DNA of 64,000 nt from Promethearchaeota archaeon Loki_b31 (GTDB lineage: Archaea > Asgardarchaeota > Lokiarchaeia > Sigyniarchaeales > SOKP01), in NCBI GenBank assembly GCA_005222975.1, contig NJBI01000009.1, forward strand, positions 20,449 through 84,448, read 5' to 3'. The notes beneath the pieces are model-generated. The model searched no databases. It was not told the origin of the DNA and saw only the letters and a list, made by a program, of their open reading frames with translations. The translations under genes were made by a program, and so were the position numbers. Below are positions 19,701-30,573 of the stretch, piece after piece (the first letter of the stretch is position 1; every line of letters starts with the position of its first letter).

Positions 19701-20556
19701 ACTTAATTTGTAAAAATTTAGATTGATATCATTGTATCTATTAATTTTTAGTTTAGAGACTATCAATCTCTTTGTTGTTTGGGCGTTCCACCTTAAGGAA
19801 AACATTAAAATAAAAGCTCTTCCAAATATTAAATAATTTCCAGTTTAGAAAAAGAGGAATTATTAAAATTATTTCTATTATCGAAAAAAGAAAAACTGAT
19901 TATCAAATTTTTTAATTGATTACTGTTTTCTTACAGAGATCAAAAACGAAAAAGTGGGAAAACTTTCGGAAAATAAGATTTTCATAACTTTACGCTTAGG
20001 AATACAACCATAACATTTAAAAATAAACATATCCATTAATGATCTAATCAAGTTTTATTTGTATAGAAAAGTATTTAATTAAAAGTGATAGTAAAAATGA
20101 TTGATAGTACACCAGAATACTTGAAATTCTTTGGTGAAATTAAATTTGCAGAAGAAAAAAGTTTAAGCGCAAGCGATTTTGAAAGCTCTCTTAAGAGTTA
20201 TTTTTCGAAAGAGAAAAGACTTCCACAAGGGCGCTATAAATTTGCTGAACTTAACAATTCTAGCATTAAGGATTTCGAAGATTCCTTCTATAGTTATTTT
20301 GAATAAAGAATTAAAGATTTTTTTAAAATTCTCTTTATATATTAATTTTTATTTATATTCTCTTTTATTTCATCATTTGATACTCCTTATCAATAACCTT
20401 ATTTATTAATAGATAGCCTCTATTATCGTTATTTTCAGAATTAAACATAATTGTGTATAATAATTGTAATTTTAAATATAAGGCTTTAATTTATAATCAA
20501 AGAAAATCAATTGAAAATAAGGTATTTATTACAAGAAATTATTTTAGTCAAATATT

Positions 20557-21402
20557 ATGGAATTATTTAATATTGGCGAAGAGAAATTCGTCGAAACAAA
20601 CGGTATAAAACTCCATACTGTTATAAGCGGGGAAGGTGAGCCCTTAATCTTGCTTCACGGTTTTCCAGATTTTTGGTTTGGTTGGAAAAACGTTATTCTT
20701 GGGCTTAAAAAAGAATATAAGCTAATTATCCCTGATATGCGCGGCTATAACTTATCTGACAAACCTGAAGGCGTTAATAATTATAAAATGGATGTTTTAG
20801 TTGAGGATATTAAAGGATTAATTGAGGCTTTAAACTTAGGTGGCGTTTTTCTTGCAGGACACGATTGGGGCGGCGTAGTAGCGTGGGCATTCGCCGAAAA
20901 ATATCCTAAATTAGTACGAAAGTTAGCAATTTTAAATGCTCCTCACATGAAGATATTCCAAGAAAGGTTGCGCTCAGATAAAAAACAACAAAAAGCTAGT
21001 TTTTACATCTTTGAATTTCTTAAACCCGATGGAGAAAAATTTCTTTTTAAGGACGACTTTAAGTGGTTAAAATTCGCAGTTTTTGAAGGATTAATAAATA
21101 AAAAAGGTTTTACTGATTTTGACAAGAAAAAATATTTAGAAGCGTGGGCAAAACCGGGCGCAATTTTAGGAGGGGTGAATTATTACAGGGCCAACATAAG
21201 TTTTAGCAATTGGACAGGGAAAATAACAGTCCCCACTTTAGTCATCCATGGAATGAAAGATATAGCCGTGTTACCGTCTGTCTTGGATGGACTACCTAAT
21301 TATGTAGCTGACCTAAAAATAATCCGTGCTGAAAATTCTTCACATTGGGTTATGCACGACGAGCCCGAATTAATTATTTCATCATTTAAAGAATTCTTCT
21401 AA
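20557..21402 (+). CDS. alpha/beta hydrolase, epoxide hydrolase family
   Basis: LLHGFPD, PDMRGYN, GHDWGG nucleophile motif, SHWV. Confidence 0.9.
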   Translation: MELFNIGEEKFVETNGIKLHTVISGEGEPLILLHGFPDFWFGWKNVILGLKKEYKLIIPDMRGYNLSDKPEGVNNYKMDVLVEDIKGLIEALNLGGVFLAGHDWGGVVAWAFAEKYPKLVRKLAILNAPHMKIFQERLRSDKKQQKASFYIFEFLKPDGEKFLFKDDFKWLKFAVFEGLINKKGFTDFDKKKYLEAWAKPGAILGGVNYYRANISFSNWTGKITVPTLVIHGMKDIAVLPSVLDGLPNYVADLKIIRAENSSHWVMHDEPELIISSFKEFF

Positions 21403-21594
21403 TTTTTTGCTGCTTAATCTTCAAAAAAACTACTTAAAATTAATTTTGATTAAACTATTCTTTTGTAATATCTACTAATGTTTCAATATTTCGATTTGAT
21501 ATAACAAAAAACATAGATTTAAATGTTAACGTTTTTTGTTAAAAATATAACATAAAGGTTTAACTTTTATCCGAAATTATATTAATAGAAAAAC

Positions 21595-22053
21595 TTGATT
21601 TTTAATAACATGTCAGAAAAAGAAGCTTGGGCTTATCAACTTGATTGGTTGAATATTCTTCATCTTATAGGTTTAGATTCAATCTACCAAATCCCAGAAC
21701 ATAAGAGAGAAAAGGTAGTAAAGAAATTGACTAAACTATATGATACAGAATTGTTATTATCTTTTACACCTAGTGAATTGGACGAATTAGTAGCAAATGA
21801 GTTAAATATCCTTATGAAAAAGGAATTAATTTTGCACGACAGACAGAAAAAGAGAATTGAAAAGCAATTAAGAAGTCAAATGGGGCCTTTAAGAAAACGG
21901 ATAATCCCAATCGATATGAACGACTTAAAAGATTTAGATCCAAAAGATATAATGAAATTTTTCTCTAAAAAGCTAATGGGCAAAGAAGACGAAGACGATA
22001 ACGACGATGACAACGATACGAACGTAGACGATAAAACGGGATATTATATTTAA
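21595..22053 (+). CDS. hypothetical protein with acidic C-terminus
   Basis: 152 aa ORF; start may be the ATG at 21610. Confidence 0.65.
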   Translation: MIFNNMSEKEAWAYQLDWLNILHLIGLDSIYQIPEHKREKVVKKLTKLYDTELLLSFTPSELDELVANELNILMKKELILHDRQKKRIEKQLRSQMGPLRKRIIPIDMNDLKDLDPKDIMKFFSKKLMGKEDEDDNDDDNDTNVDDKTGYYI

Positions 22054-22082
22054 ACTAATTTTATTAATATTAAAAAAAGAAT

Positions 22083-23681
22083 TTAATAAATTTTAACCTT
22101 TAACCATTTTAATTCTACTTTTTTTGCCTTCCTGTAAAATAGGGCGAATGTTAGATAGACTATAGATGACCAAATAATCCAAGATAGGGCTTGATAAATA
22201 TCTATGTTTAAGAGATAATTAATAAATTCTTCTACGATGTAAAGTCCTGAATCGTTCGAATCTCCGGGAAACTTGAAAGTTTCAGAAAAAAATTGAATGG
22301 CGACAGCTTCATGTGTATTATTCTTTAAGTTTTTGAAAATATTTTCAATCGTTTTATTATTTGGATCATCTAATTTTAATTTGATAAAAGTGTTTAAGTC
22401 TTCATTAGTGTGAATGTCAGACCCCGCTATGCAAATTAAATTGTTATCCAAGCAAAATTGACGTATCTCTATATACTTGGTATAACCCCCACCATTGATG
22501 ATTTCAAAACCATCGACGCCCCAATCGCGCAATTCTTCAAGGTTATGTGGCGCTCCAGACCCGTCTTCATAATTATAATGGTTTACCGTTATAAAACCAC
22601 CGTTAGCTTTTACATAACTGATTAAATCAGAGGCATTCATCGCTTTAGGACCTCCTGGTGTATAAGATTCGAGAGGTACTAATTCTTCTTCTATCCCAAA
22701 GTAATTCATATGAATTTCTGGATCTGGTTCGTGATTTGTCCATTCTTCTGCTATCCAGACTGTAAAATCCAGTCCATTCTTCTCAACAAATTCTCGAGCT
22801 GCTAAAGCCCCTCTTATGTTATCGTGATCGGAAAATGCCGCTCCAGAAATCCCGTGTTCAATATACCATAAAACTCTCTCTTCGGGAGTTAGCCAACCGT
22901 CAGAAAAGGTCATGTGGACATGAAAGTCAAACAAAAACTCATCGTCGTCAAGAGGAGTAATTGGGATTATTTTATGCGTTGGAAATTGAATTGACAATAA
23001 AATAACATTAGAACCAAGTAATAGCAATAAAATTCCGGCAAAATAAACAAATTCTTTCTTCAAATCCGCAGTAATTTTTCTCTTTCCTTTTTCTATTTTA
23101 GCAGCAAAATTAAATTTAAGCCTTGGATGGAATAATTTTAAAAGAGAATGCCCAGCTTTAATTGAAATTAATATAACACCAAATTGTATTCCAATTTGAA
23201 CTGGGACCATAAAGTATCTATTAACAAAGAAAAATCCTTGAATTAAGTATCCTACTAGTATTATTAATAAAATTGCTACAAGTGTTATAGAAAAGACTTT
23301 AAACGAAAAATAAATGAAATCTGTTAACAAATGTTTTAAATGATTGTATTTACTTGAGTTTAATTTGCCCGATTTTCTTAAGAACACATAAATAACGCGT
23401 AGAATAGGGTATATTATCAAATACAGGAAAAGCCAAGTGAATCGGTATTCTAAAATAAAAGCAATTGTTGCAAAGGGTTCAAAAATGTACCTTAAAAACG
23501 GCAAAAAGCTAAAATAATCAGAAGAAACATCTCTTTGTCCAAGAGGTCCAAGAGCATCCCAAAAAACTACTTCCCTACGACTAAATATTGCCAACAAAAC
23601 TAAAATAATTATCCAAATTGAAAAGAATAGAGTTCCTATTGAAAATATTTTGTTTTTATAAAATAGAGTCTTTAAACGCAT
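22083..23681 (-). CDS. membrane protein with PHP-family phosphoesterase domain
   Basis: DFHVH..FSDG, SDHD, NHY and GSDIH motifs; N-terminal TM helices. Confidence 0.85.
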   Translation of the reverse strand: MRLKTLFYKNKIFSIGTLFFSIWIIILVLLAIFSRREVVFWDALGPLGQRDVSSDYFSFLPFLRYIFEPFATIAFILEYRFTWLFLYLIIYPILRVIYVFLRKSGKLNSSKYNHLKHLLTDFIYFSFKVFSITLVAILLIILVGYLIQGFFFVNRYFMVPVQIGIQFGVILISIKAGHSLLKLFHPRLKFNFAAKIEKGKRKITADLKKEFVYFAGILLLLLGSNVILLSIQFPTHKIIPITPLDDDEFLFDFHVHMTFSDGWLTPEERVLWYIEHGISGAAFSDHDNIRGALAAREFVEKNGLDFTVWIAEEWTNHEPDPEIHMNYFGIEEELVPLESYTPGGPKAMNASDLISYVKANGGFITVNHYNYEDGSGAPHNLEELRDWGVDGFEIINGGGYTKYIEIRQFCLDNNLICIAGSDIHTNEDLNTFIKLKLDDPNNKTIENIFKNLKNNTHEAVAIQFFSETFKFPGDSNDSGLYIVEEFINYLLNIDIYQALSWIIWSSIVYLTFALFYRKAKKVELKWLKVKIY

Positions 23682-23778
23682 AATTATAAATCTGCTTTCA
23701 TCCTTTAAAATATTTTTAATTAATTTAATAGCTCTTCAAATTTTCTTTGATAAAGGAATTATTCCATAAAAAATAATT

Positions 23779-24972
23779 TTAAACAAACGCCTCTATTGTT
23801 TTTAGAAAATTTGAAAACTTTTGATAAATCCTCACATCTACTACAGGTAGATTTTCACATAATAATTTCGATAATTCTTTTTCGTTAATTTTGCCTTTAG
23901 TAAAAGGTCTCCGACCTTTTAGTGTAAGAAGAAGCACAGGAATTTGAACATTAGAAGGTTTTAAATCAAAATAGCTAACTGAACTCAAAGATTTTCTTAA
24001 TTTCTGAGTAATATAGGCATATAATTTTTCTTTATCCCTAAATTGCCTTTGAAAATAAATACTTTCCCATCGGAATGTCCTATTAGATAACTGAATTTTC
24101 TTAACTTTTTTGAAATATTTATCTTCTTTTGAAATTGAAACTAGAAATACGCCCCGATTGAACGAAAAATCCATGGTACACGCCGATTCAGAAGATCCAG
24201 GGTTATAAACCCAATCGTCTAAAATAAACTGCAAATGGTAATGCCCAAGTGCCAAGTAATTTACTCTATCTTTCAAGGGAATAAGTTTCTCGTAGCGCAC
24301 TCCTGGTACTCTTTTCATTTGCCCCTCAATACCAAAATGCTGTAGAAGAATGTGGAAATAACCATCATCTTTTATTATTCCTTTCCTTATTTTTAATAAA
24401 TCGTCCTCGGGGTTTTCTCCTAGATATCCCGTACCATAAATCAGCGCATTTTTTATTTGGATTTTACCACCTTTTCTTGTTTGGAAATTATAACTCTTAA
24501 ATATTTCTTCAGGTGCTCCATCTAATTCCGCGTCAAGTAATACAATTAACCCTAAACGGGCTAGTAGCTTTAACCACGATTGTCCACGCTTTTTAAACCT
24601 AACACCTCTTGAAAACTTTCGAATATCGTGGTTTCCTTCAATTGCTATTATTAAAATTTGGTTTTTCGTGACTTTTTTGAAACTCGTCAAGAGATTAATT
24701 ATTTTGGTTAATTTCCCAGGTAGCATTTCTAAGGATGTAAAAACATCTCCCCCCAATAACAAAAAATCCACTCGATGGATAACTGCTAAAGATAAAATTT
24801 CTTCAAAAGCAAAAATAAAATCGTTCGCACGATAATCGTTACGATATTGGTGACTACCTAGATGAATGTCGCTAGCGTGGATAAACTTTATTGAGTGATT
24901 ATAACCATATTGATTTTTTGTTAGATGCTCTAGATTTGTTTCAAATACTTTGGCACTCGTCATTAACATCAA
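23779..24972 (-). CDS. mre11: Mre11/SbcD-family metallophosphoesterase nuclease
   Basis: SDIHLG, GGDVF, GNHD, LGHYH and YNPGS motifs. Confidence 0.8.
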   Translation of the reverse strand: MMLMTSAKVFETNLEHLTKNQYGYNHSIKFIHASDIHLGSHQYRNDYRANDFIFAFEEILSLAVIHRVDFLLLGGDVFTSLEMLPGKLTKIINLLTSFKKVTKNQILIIAIEGNHDIRKFSRGVRFKKRGQSWLKLLARLGLIVLLDAELDGAPEEIFKSYNFQTRKGGKIQIKNALIYGTGYLGENPEDDLLKIRKGIIKDDGYFHILLQHFGIEGQMKRVPGVRYEKLIPLKDRVNYLALGHYHLQFILDDWVYNPGSSESACTMDFSFNRGVFLVSISKEDKYFKKVKKIQLSNRTFRWESIYFQRQFRDKEKLYAYITQKLRKSLSSVSYFDLKPSNVQIPVLLLTLKGRRPFTKGKINEKELSKLLCENLPVVDVRIYQKFSNFLKTIEAFV

Positions 24973-25071
24973 TTAAAAGACTTTATTTTACAATAAGAAT
25001 AAAGTGTCAATAAAAACATATAAACCAAAAAGGGCTATAAAAATAGTAAAAAAAAGAGGTATAAGTTTATT

Positions 25072-26331
25072 TCAAGTAAAATACAGCTTTTCTTTTAAAG
25101 AACTATTTATTTGTTTAAGCAGTTGTCGTTTAACTCCGTTATCGAACTCATAGTGTTTCGTATTTAAAAAATCCTCAAGCAACTCCTTATTCATGTTTGG
25201 ATAATTGTTACTTTTTACCCAGCTAATTGCTTCTTCTATTAACTTACCATCTCCACCACCAATAAAAGGGGGTAAGTAAAAGTCTGCAATTATTTTTGAA
25301 GAATAGAGCGTTCTAACGTATAAGCCCTTATGCTCTAAATTACGATATAAATGAGGTACTTTCTCCGAAAGTGTATCTATTACAATGTTTTTACCTGCTT
25401 TTTGGATTTTTTTGTATAGAGGGATCCACTCTTCTGATCCTTGTGGTTGCCGACCTGCTCCTGATACCCATTGGATACCTGTTAAGTGTGAGATTGATAA
25501 AAAATCGTCTAAAAAGGGGATTTGATAAGGTCCATCCATATGATAAATTGAGTAATCCATATGTTCGATTTGAGTAATTATATCTGGTAACACAAACCTT
25601 TTAAACCATTTTGGGTTAAGCATCGCGATAAAGTCACATTGAACGGGATACCAACTTTTCCTACACCAGACATTTAGCCAAGCATTGAAGCCTTTGCAAT
25701 CCTTCTTAATTATTTCATAAAGCTTATCGTAGATTTTTATTAACTTTTCAAGAATTATTTCTCGACAAGTGTCTATTATGTGTGGTTTACGTTTCATAGT
25801 TAGTATTAGATTAGTTGGCCCTAAGAACGAGGAAAGAATATCTAAAACCCCTCCTAGATCTGTAATTGAAATCTGATAATTTTCTTTCGCTCTTTTCACA
25901 GCATACTCTGTGATTCTAAGAATCCTCGAATACCATTCGTTATTCTGGTTTAATTTTACGCTTTCAAGTAGAGATATTATTTCTTCTGGTTTGGTTGGGC
26001 GACTAAACCAAATAGTTTCAGATTGAAATTTAGGTTCAACGCCAAAAATAGCCGCAACTATGCCCGGGCCGTAATTTGGTAAATAAGAAGGTATTGCTTC
26101 TCCACCATAAAAAGTTTTTTCCGCTTTTTTCTCAAAACTATCAAGAGCTTCCTCGATACCCTCTGGGTTTTTTGCTAACTTCCAATCTTGCCCCAAGGCG
26201 TCTAAATAACCTCCAATGGCTGCCCTTTTCTTCGAAAAATAGTACGATATAACCGGACGATCAATTACCTCGTGATCCCACCACGCATCCATGCGTTCTT
26301 TCGATTCTTCGATATCCTCTTTTAGTAACAT
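25072..26331 (-). CDS. uroporphyrinogen decarboxylase/MtaA-like TIM-barrel protein
   Basis: QCDF..M, F.RFVLP, YHMDGP, GIQW motifs. Confidence 0.65.
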   Translation of the reverse strand: MLLKEDIEESKERMDAWWDHEVIDRPVISYYFSKKRAAIGGYLDALGQDWKLAKNPEGIEEALDSFEKKAEKTFYGGEAIPSYLPNYGPGIVAAIFGVEPKFQSETIWFSRPTKPEEIISLLESVKLNQNNEWYSRILRITEYAVKRAKENYQISITDLGGVLDILSSFLGPTNLILTMKRKPHIIDTCREIILEKLIKIYDKLYEIIKKDCKGFNAWLNVWCRKSWYPVQCDFIAMLNPKWFKRFVLPDIITQIEHMDYSIYHMDGPYQIPFLDDFLSISHLTGIQWVSGAGRQPQGSEEWIPLYKKIQKAGKNIVIDTLSEKVPHLYRNLEHKGLYVRTLYSSKIIADFYLPPFIGGGDGKLIEEAISWVKSNNYPNMNKELLEDFLNTKHYEFDNGVKRQLLKQINSSLKEKLYFT

Positions 26332-26431
26332 AATAATAAACCTATCGTCAAATTGAATAATTTATATGGCAAAATTATTAATCTTTTTTGAATTATTCGA
26401 ATTATTTTATAGCGACAAATAATTAACTAGA

Positions 26432-27013
26432 ATGAAGCAAGTTAAAGGAACACAGTACGAAACAGGCGTAATTCACGGAAGACTCCAAATACTCCACAAC
26501 GATCATGTGAAATTTCTCCTAGCAGGAAAAAAACTATGTAATCATTTAATCGTGGGAATTACCAATCCTGATCCTACCCTAACTAAAGTCCACGATTCAA
26601 ATCCTCATCGCAGTACGCTTATCGCTAACCCTTTGACTTACTATGAACGCTATGTAATGGTAAGAGAAACTTTATTAGAAAAAGGTTTGGAATTGTCAGA
26701 ATTCTCTATTGTACCGTTCCCTATAAATGTACCTGAGTTATTAAAATATTACGTTCCAATAGATATGGTGTTTTTCCTCTCGATTTACGACGATTGGGGC
26801 CGACAAAAGAAAAAATACCTAGAATCTTTAGGATTGAATGTTCATGTTTTATGGGAAGTCCCTTTAGAAAAAAAAGGGCTCAGTGGAAGCGATGTACGCG
26901 AATCTATGCTCAAGGGTGGAGAATGGGAACATTTGGTACCCCCAGTTGTAGCAAAGTTAGTAAAGAAATGGGATGTAATAAAGCGACTTAAAAATCTAAG
27001 TGAAACTAAATAG
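26432..27013 (+). CDS. cytidylyltransferase-like nucleotidyltransferase (NMN adenylyltransferase-like)
   Basis: GRLQILHNDH (HxGH-like), NPLTYYER, SGSDVR...W..LVP. Confidence 0.85.
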   Translation: MKQVKGTQYETGVIHGRLQILHNDHVKFLLAGKKLCNHLIVGITNPDPTLTKVHDSNPHRSTLIANPLTYYERYVMVRETLLEKGLELSEFSIVPFPINVPELLKYYVPIDMVFFLSIYDDWGRQKKKYLESLGLNVHVLWEVPLEKKGLSGSDVRESMLKGGEWEHLVPPVVAKLVKKWDVIKRLKNLSETK

Positions 27014-27065
27014 AAATAAAATTTTTGAAATTCAATAAAATAAAAAATAAAAAACCAAAAAAATA
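26944..27065 (+). repeat. direct repeat copy 1 (3' end of nucleotidyltransferase gene and downstream)
   Basis: matches 31546-31670, including an identical CGACTTAAAAATCTAAGTGAAACTAA. Confidence 0.85.
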
Positions 27066-27081
27066 AGCTTAAATTAGGTAA

Positions 27082-27546
27082 TTATCGCATAAAACTCCTA
27101 TCTTTATGTTTTAATTCAAAATAATTCTTGTCTCTTTGAATGTCTTCGTGTATTTCTGCTAAACTCTCGTTTTGCAATAATTTCTTAAAAAAAGACAATA
27201 TAGACTCATGTGCTTCTTTGACATAAGTATTTGTTTGAGAGAATTCAAAAGAAATCTCTTTTAGTAGATCAAAATCTAATTTAATATCAACTTCCCTTGT
27301 CCTTTCAATTTTGATCCTTAATCGTTTGTCGTGATAATTAGTCCATATTGCTTCATAGAAAAAATAATTAATAAATTGAACTGTTTCTGTGACCATTCCA
27401 ATAGAAAAAGCAGCAATCATATCCCCTGTAATTGTAAAAATAACTAGCATTCCAAGAAAGATTGTTATTATCCTATATAATACGCTTTTAAAGAAACTTT
27501 CCTTGAGAATTTCCTTATTTTTTATTAACTTTTGTATTAATTTCAT
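27082..27546 (-). CDS. DUF2061-like membrane protein
   Basis: ESFFKSVLYRII...YFFYEAIW pattern. Confidence 0.7.
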   Translation of the reverse strand: MKLIQKLIKNKEILKESFFKSVLYRIITIFLGMLVIFTITGDMIAAFSIGMVTETVQFINYFFYEAIWTNYHDKRLRIKIERTREVDIKLDFDLLKEISFEFSQTNTYVKEAHESILSFFKKLLQNESLAEIHEDIQRDKNYFELKHKDRSFMR

Positions 27547-27818
27547 TTGATAATGGAGAAATAAACTAAATATTTATTTGTTTACTGGATTTAAATAAGA
27601 AATATCATGAAACTTGAATTATTAACTTGAAAAGATTTGTTGAGAATGTAATAAATTTACACTGCTGGAATTTTTCGCCATCTACATAAATATAATCTAA
27701 AAGCGAGCAAAAACTATGCTATAATATAATAATATAAAAAATAGAATAAAAAAAAAAGGGGCAGCGTCATATTTGTAGGTTTTAAATTTATTAATTGATT
27801 TGAAAGAGATTACCTATG

Positions 27819-28541
27819 TTATTTGGTGTTTAATTCTTTTTGAGCTAAAGATGAATCTGTTAATGAATTTTCTAATTTATTCAAAATATAATTTCGAAAA
27901 TCTTTTCTAGAAAAGTCTGCTTGACCAAACTGGATTATTTCACTTGCAAGATTACCATTAAAGTCTTCACTTTGCTCGATTATTCTCATATGTCTATCTA
28001 CAATAGCAGCACCCAAAATTAGACTATAAGTATAGAAAGAAAGTATTCCTGCATTAGACTCTTTAATTTTTCCATCATTAATTCCATTCTGTATAACTTT
28101 TGCTGTACCCTTTAAAAAATTGAATTTTCGATATTCCTTTTCAAAAGGACCCATTTTATCAGAAGAAGGAGCCTCAATAAGATGCATCATACTAAAAGCT
28201 CCAAAATCTTTATCAGCAAACTGTAAAAAGTTTTCAAAAATCTTCATTAAAAGATTGATTATTGATGTATTATGATTTTTAATAATTTCAATATTTTCAT
28301 CTCTATATTGCTTAAAAAATTTATTTCGAATAGCAATCCACAATTCTCTCTTACTTTCTACATAATTATATAAATTATTTTGGTTCATATCAAGGCTTTT
28401 TGCTAAGCCTCGTAGACTAAAACCGTCTCTTCCTTTTTCCAAAAATAAGTCCTTTCCTGTTTTCAAAATTCGTTCAAATTGAGCTGCTTTTTTCTTAGGT
28501 GAACGACTTCGAGTCTTTTTTTTTTTTTCCATTACACTCAT
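27819..28541 (-). CDS. TetR/AcrR family transcriptional regulator
   Basis: LFLEKGRDGFSLRGLAKSLDMNQNNLYNYVESKREL HTH. Confidence 0.9.
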   Translation of the reverse strand: MSVMEKKKKTRSRSPKKKAAQFERILKTGKDLFLEKGRDGFSLRGLAKSLDMNQNNLYNYVESKRELWIAIRNKFFKQYRDENIEIIKNHNTSIINLLMKIFENFLQFADKDFGAFSMMHLIEAPSSDKMGPFEKEYRKFNFLKGTAKVIQNGINDGKIKESNAGILSFYTYSLILGAAIVDRHMRIIEQSEDFNGNLASEIIQFGQADFSRKDFRNYILNKLENSLTDSSLAQKELNTK

Positions 28542-28704
28542 CTTAAACTTCCATAAATTTCATTTAGAAAGATTCAATTAACAAAATAATCGAACATAAG
28601 TTAAATTACATTTTTAATTAATTCATAACAAATTATTAAAAGATTTACACATTGAAAAGAATATTTTCAGTATCTTCCAAGTTATGTTTATAGATTTATT
28701 AAAT

Positions 28705-29185
28705 TAGATTACTTTTTTTAATAACTCAGATTAAATCAAATATTGCTTCTACTTTGATTTTGATGGCCTTATGCAAATTAATTTTAATTTATTTAATAAA
28801 TTTCTATAACCATTAAAGATCACACTTAATAATCATATTAAGTATACACATTATATTAATCCAGATGAATTGATTAAACTTAAATATGATGTAGATGATT
28901 CAACTAGATATCTATTAAATTAAATAAAACCTGTATCGAATAGATAGATTTCTTTTTTTAATAACCCCAATTAAGCCAAATATTGCTTCTACTTTGATTT
29001 TAAGAAACCTACGCGAATCAAATTTAATATTTTTAATAAATTTCTTTGTCAATTAAAGATTATGCTTAATGATCATATTTAATATACACCTTATATTAAT
29101 CCAGACGAATTGGTTAAACTTATATAAGATGCAGATTATTCAACTAAATATCTATTAAGTCAAATAAATATTGTATCTAATAGAT
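28705..29185. repeat. imperfect 240-bp tandem duplication (2 copies)
   Basis: CAAATATTGCTTCTACTTTGATTTT at 28737 and 28977; TTATATTAATCCAGA at 28851 and 29091. Confidence 0.9.
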
Positions 29186-29236
29186 GAATATTTATTAAAA
29201 AATAAAGAAAAATTTAATAAAAAAAGGTTGGAAAAA

Positions 29237-30262
29237 ATGGTTATAAAGACGAATGTAGCTGAAATGTTAGGTATTAAACATCCAATAGTTGCAGCACCCA
29301 TGGGACCCTTCTACACGACAAAACTAACAATTGCGGTCTCAGAAGCAGGGGGTTTAGGTGTTTTAAGCCATGTAACATTAAGTGAAGGAATTACTTTAAA
29401 TCAGATTCAAGAAAGCATGAAAACAGTAGTTGAGTATACTGATAAGCCTTTTGGGTTGAATATTAGAACAGCCTCACTGCAACCTGATGCGATAAAATTA
29501 TGTAGGCGAATTCCAAGATTTATAATGGACAATCCTAAAATCAAAGACCAATGTACCTATTTAATTACGAGCGCAGGCTCTCCAAAAATGTTATATAACA
29601 AGCATTTTATGGCTCTAAAAGAAACATCAAATATCAAACATTTTCATGTAATACCTTCTTTAAAGCTAGCTAAAAAAGTGATAAAAAATGGTGTTGATGG
29701 AATAGTCGCAACCGGGCATGAAGGTGGAGGGCATCAATCTTATGAAAATACAAGCACTTTAATTCTCTTACAACAAATTAGACAAGAATTCCCAAATATC
29801 CCTATGATTGCTTGTGGAGGCTATGCTACTGGAGAGGGATTAGCTTCCGCTTTAGCTATGGGTGCAGGGGCAATTGCTATGGGAACCAGACTTATTGCAT
29901 CAAAGGAATGTGAATTTCATGAAAATTACAAAAATGAGGTCAAAAATTCAACTATATCTGATACTAAATTAGTTACAGGTGTTTTTGGGCCTGCCCGAGT
30001 ATTTAAGAATAGTTATGCAGAAAATGCCACTGCTGTTTTAAATAAAGCAGAAAAAAGAGCTGAAGAAACTTCTATGTCAGTAATAAGAGACGGCGTAATA
30101 AAATTAGAGAAAGCATATAATGGAGATGTTGATAATGGTATTATTCTCTTAGGACAGAGTTGTGGACTAGTAGAGGAAATTGAGAGCGTCTCAGATATTA
30201 TTAATTCAATTGTAAGTAGTGCTGAGAAATGTCTAAAGAGTGCATATTGCATGATAAATTGA
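29237..30262 (+). CDS. nitronate monooxygenase / enoyl-ACP reductase II (FabK-like) family flavoprotein
   Basis: HPIVAAPMG, VSEAGGLG, GHEGGGH, MGTR; ATG at 29237 preferred. Confidence 0.9.
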   Translation: MVIKTNVAEMLGIKHPIVAAPMGPFYTTKLTIAVSEAGGLGVLSHVTLSEGITLNQIQESMKTVVEYTDKPFGLNIRTASLQPDAIKLCRRIPRFIMDNPKIKDQCTYLITSAGSPKMLYNKHFMALKETSNIKHFHVIPSLKLAKKVIKNGVDGIVATGHEGGGHQSYENTSTLILLQQIRQEFPNIPMIACGGYATGEGLASALAMGAGAIAMGTRLIASKECEFHENYKNEVKNSTISDTKLVTGVFGPARVFKNSYAENATAVLNKAEKRAEETSMSVIRDGVIKLEKAYNGDVDNGIILLGQSCGLVEEIESVSDIINSIVSSAEKCLKSAYCMIN

Positions 30263-30573
30263 GGCAATAATCAAAAATAACGGTGGATTTAAAAAAATGT
30301 TTGATTCCGTAATTCTATCAATTTTTCAAAAAACTAATATCGCAGAAATAAGTAGCTTGAAATTATACGATTATGAAAATTCTCATACTAATTATTTTAG
30401 TAATAGTATTAATTCAAACTTTTATCAACGATATTTTAAATGGTTTGACCATACTAAATTTGAAAAAACCAATAATTCTTTCTTAAAGGATTATAAAAAA
30501 TGGTTTTGTGAATTTTTTTTTTAATTTGATTTTTTAATTGAAGAACACCTTAATATAAAAATTGCTATAAAAT

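Noticed and set aside
20085-20409. Two short overlapping ORFs
   Set aside because: No recognisable family and no BHB-like insert at the overlap; at most a gene fragment.
30297-30524. 75-aa ORF
   Set aside because: Low-complexity AT-rich sequence with no motif; probably spurious or a relic.
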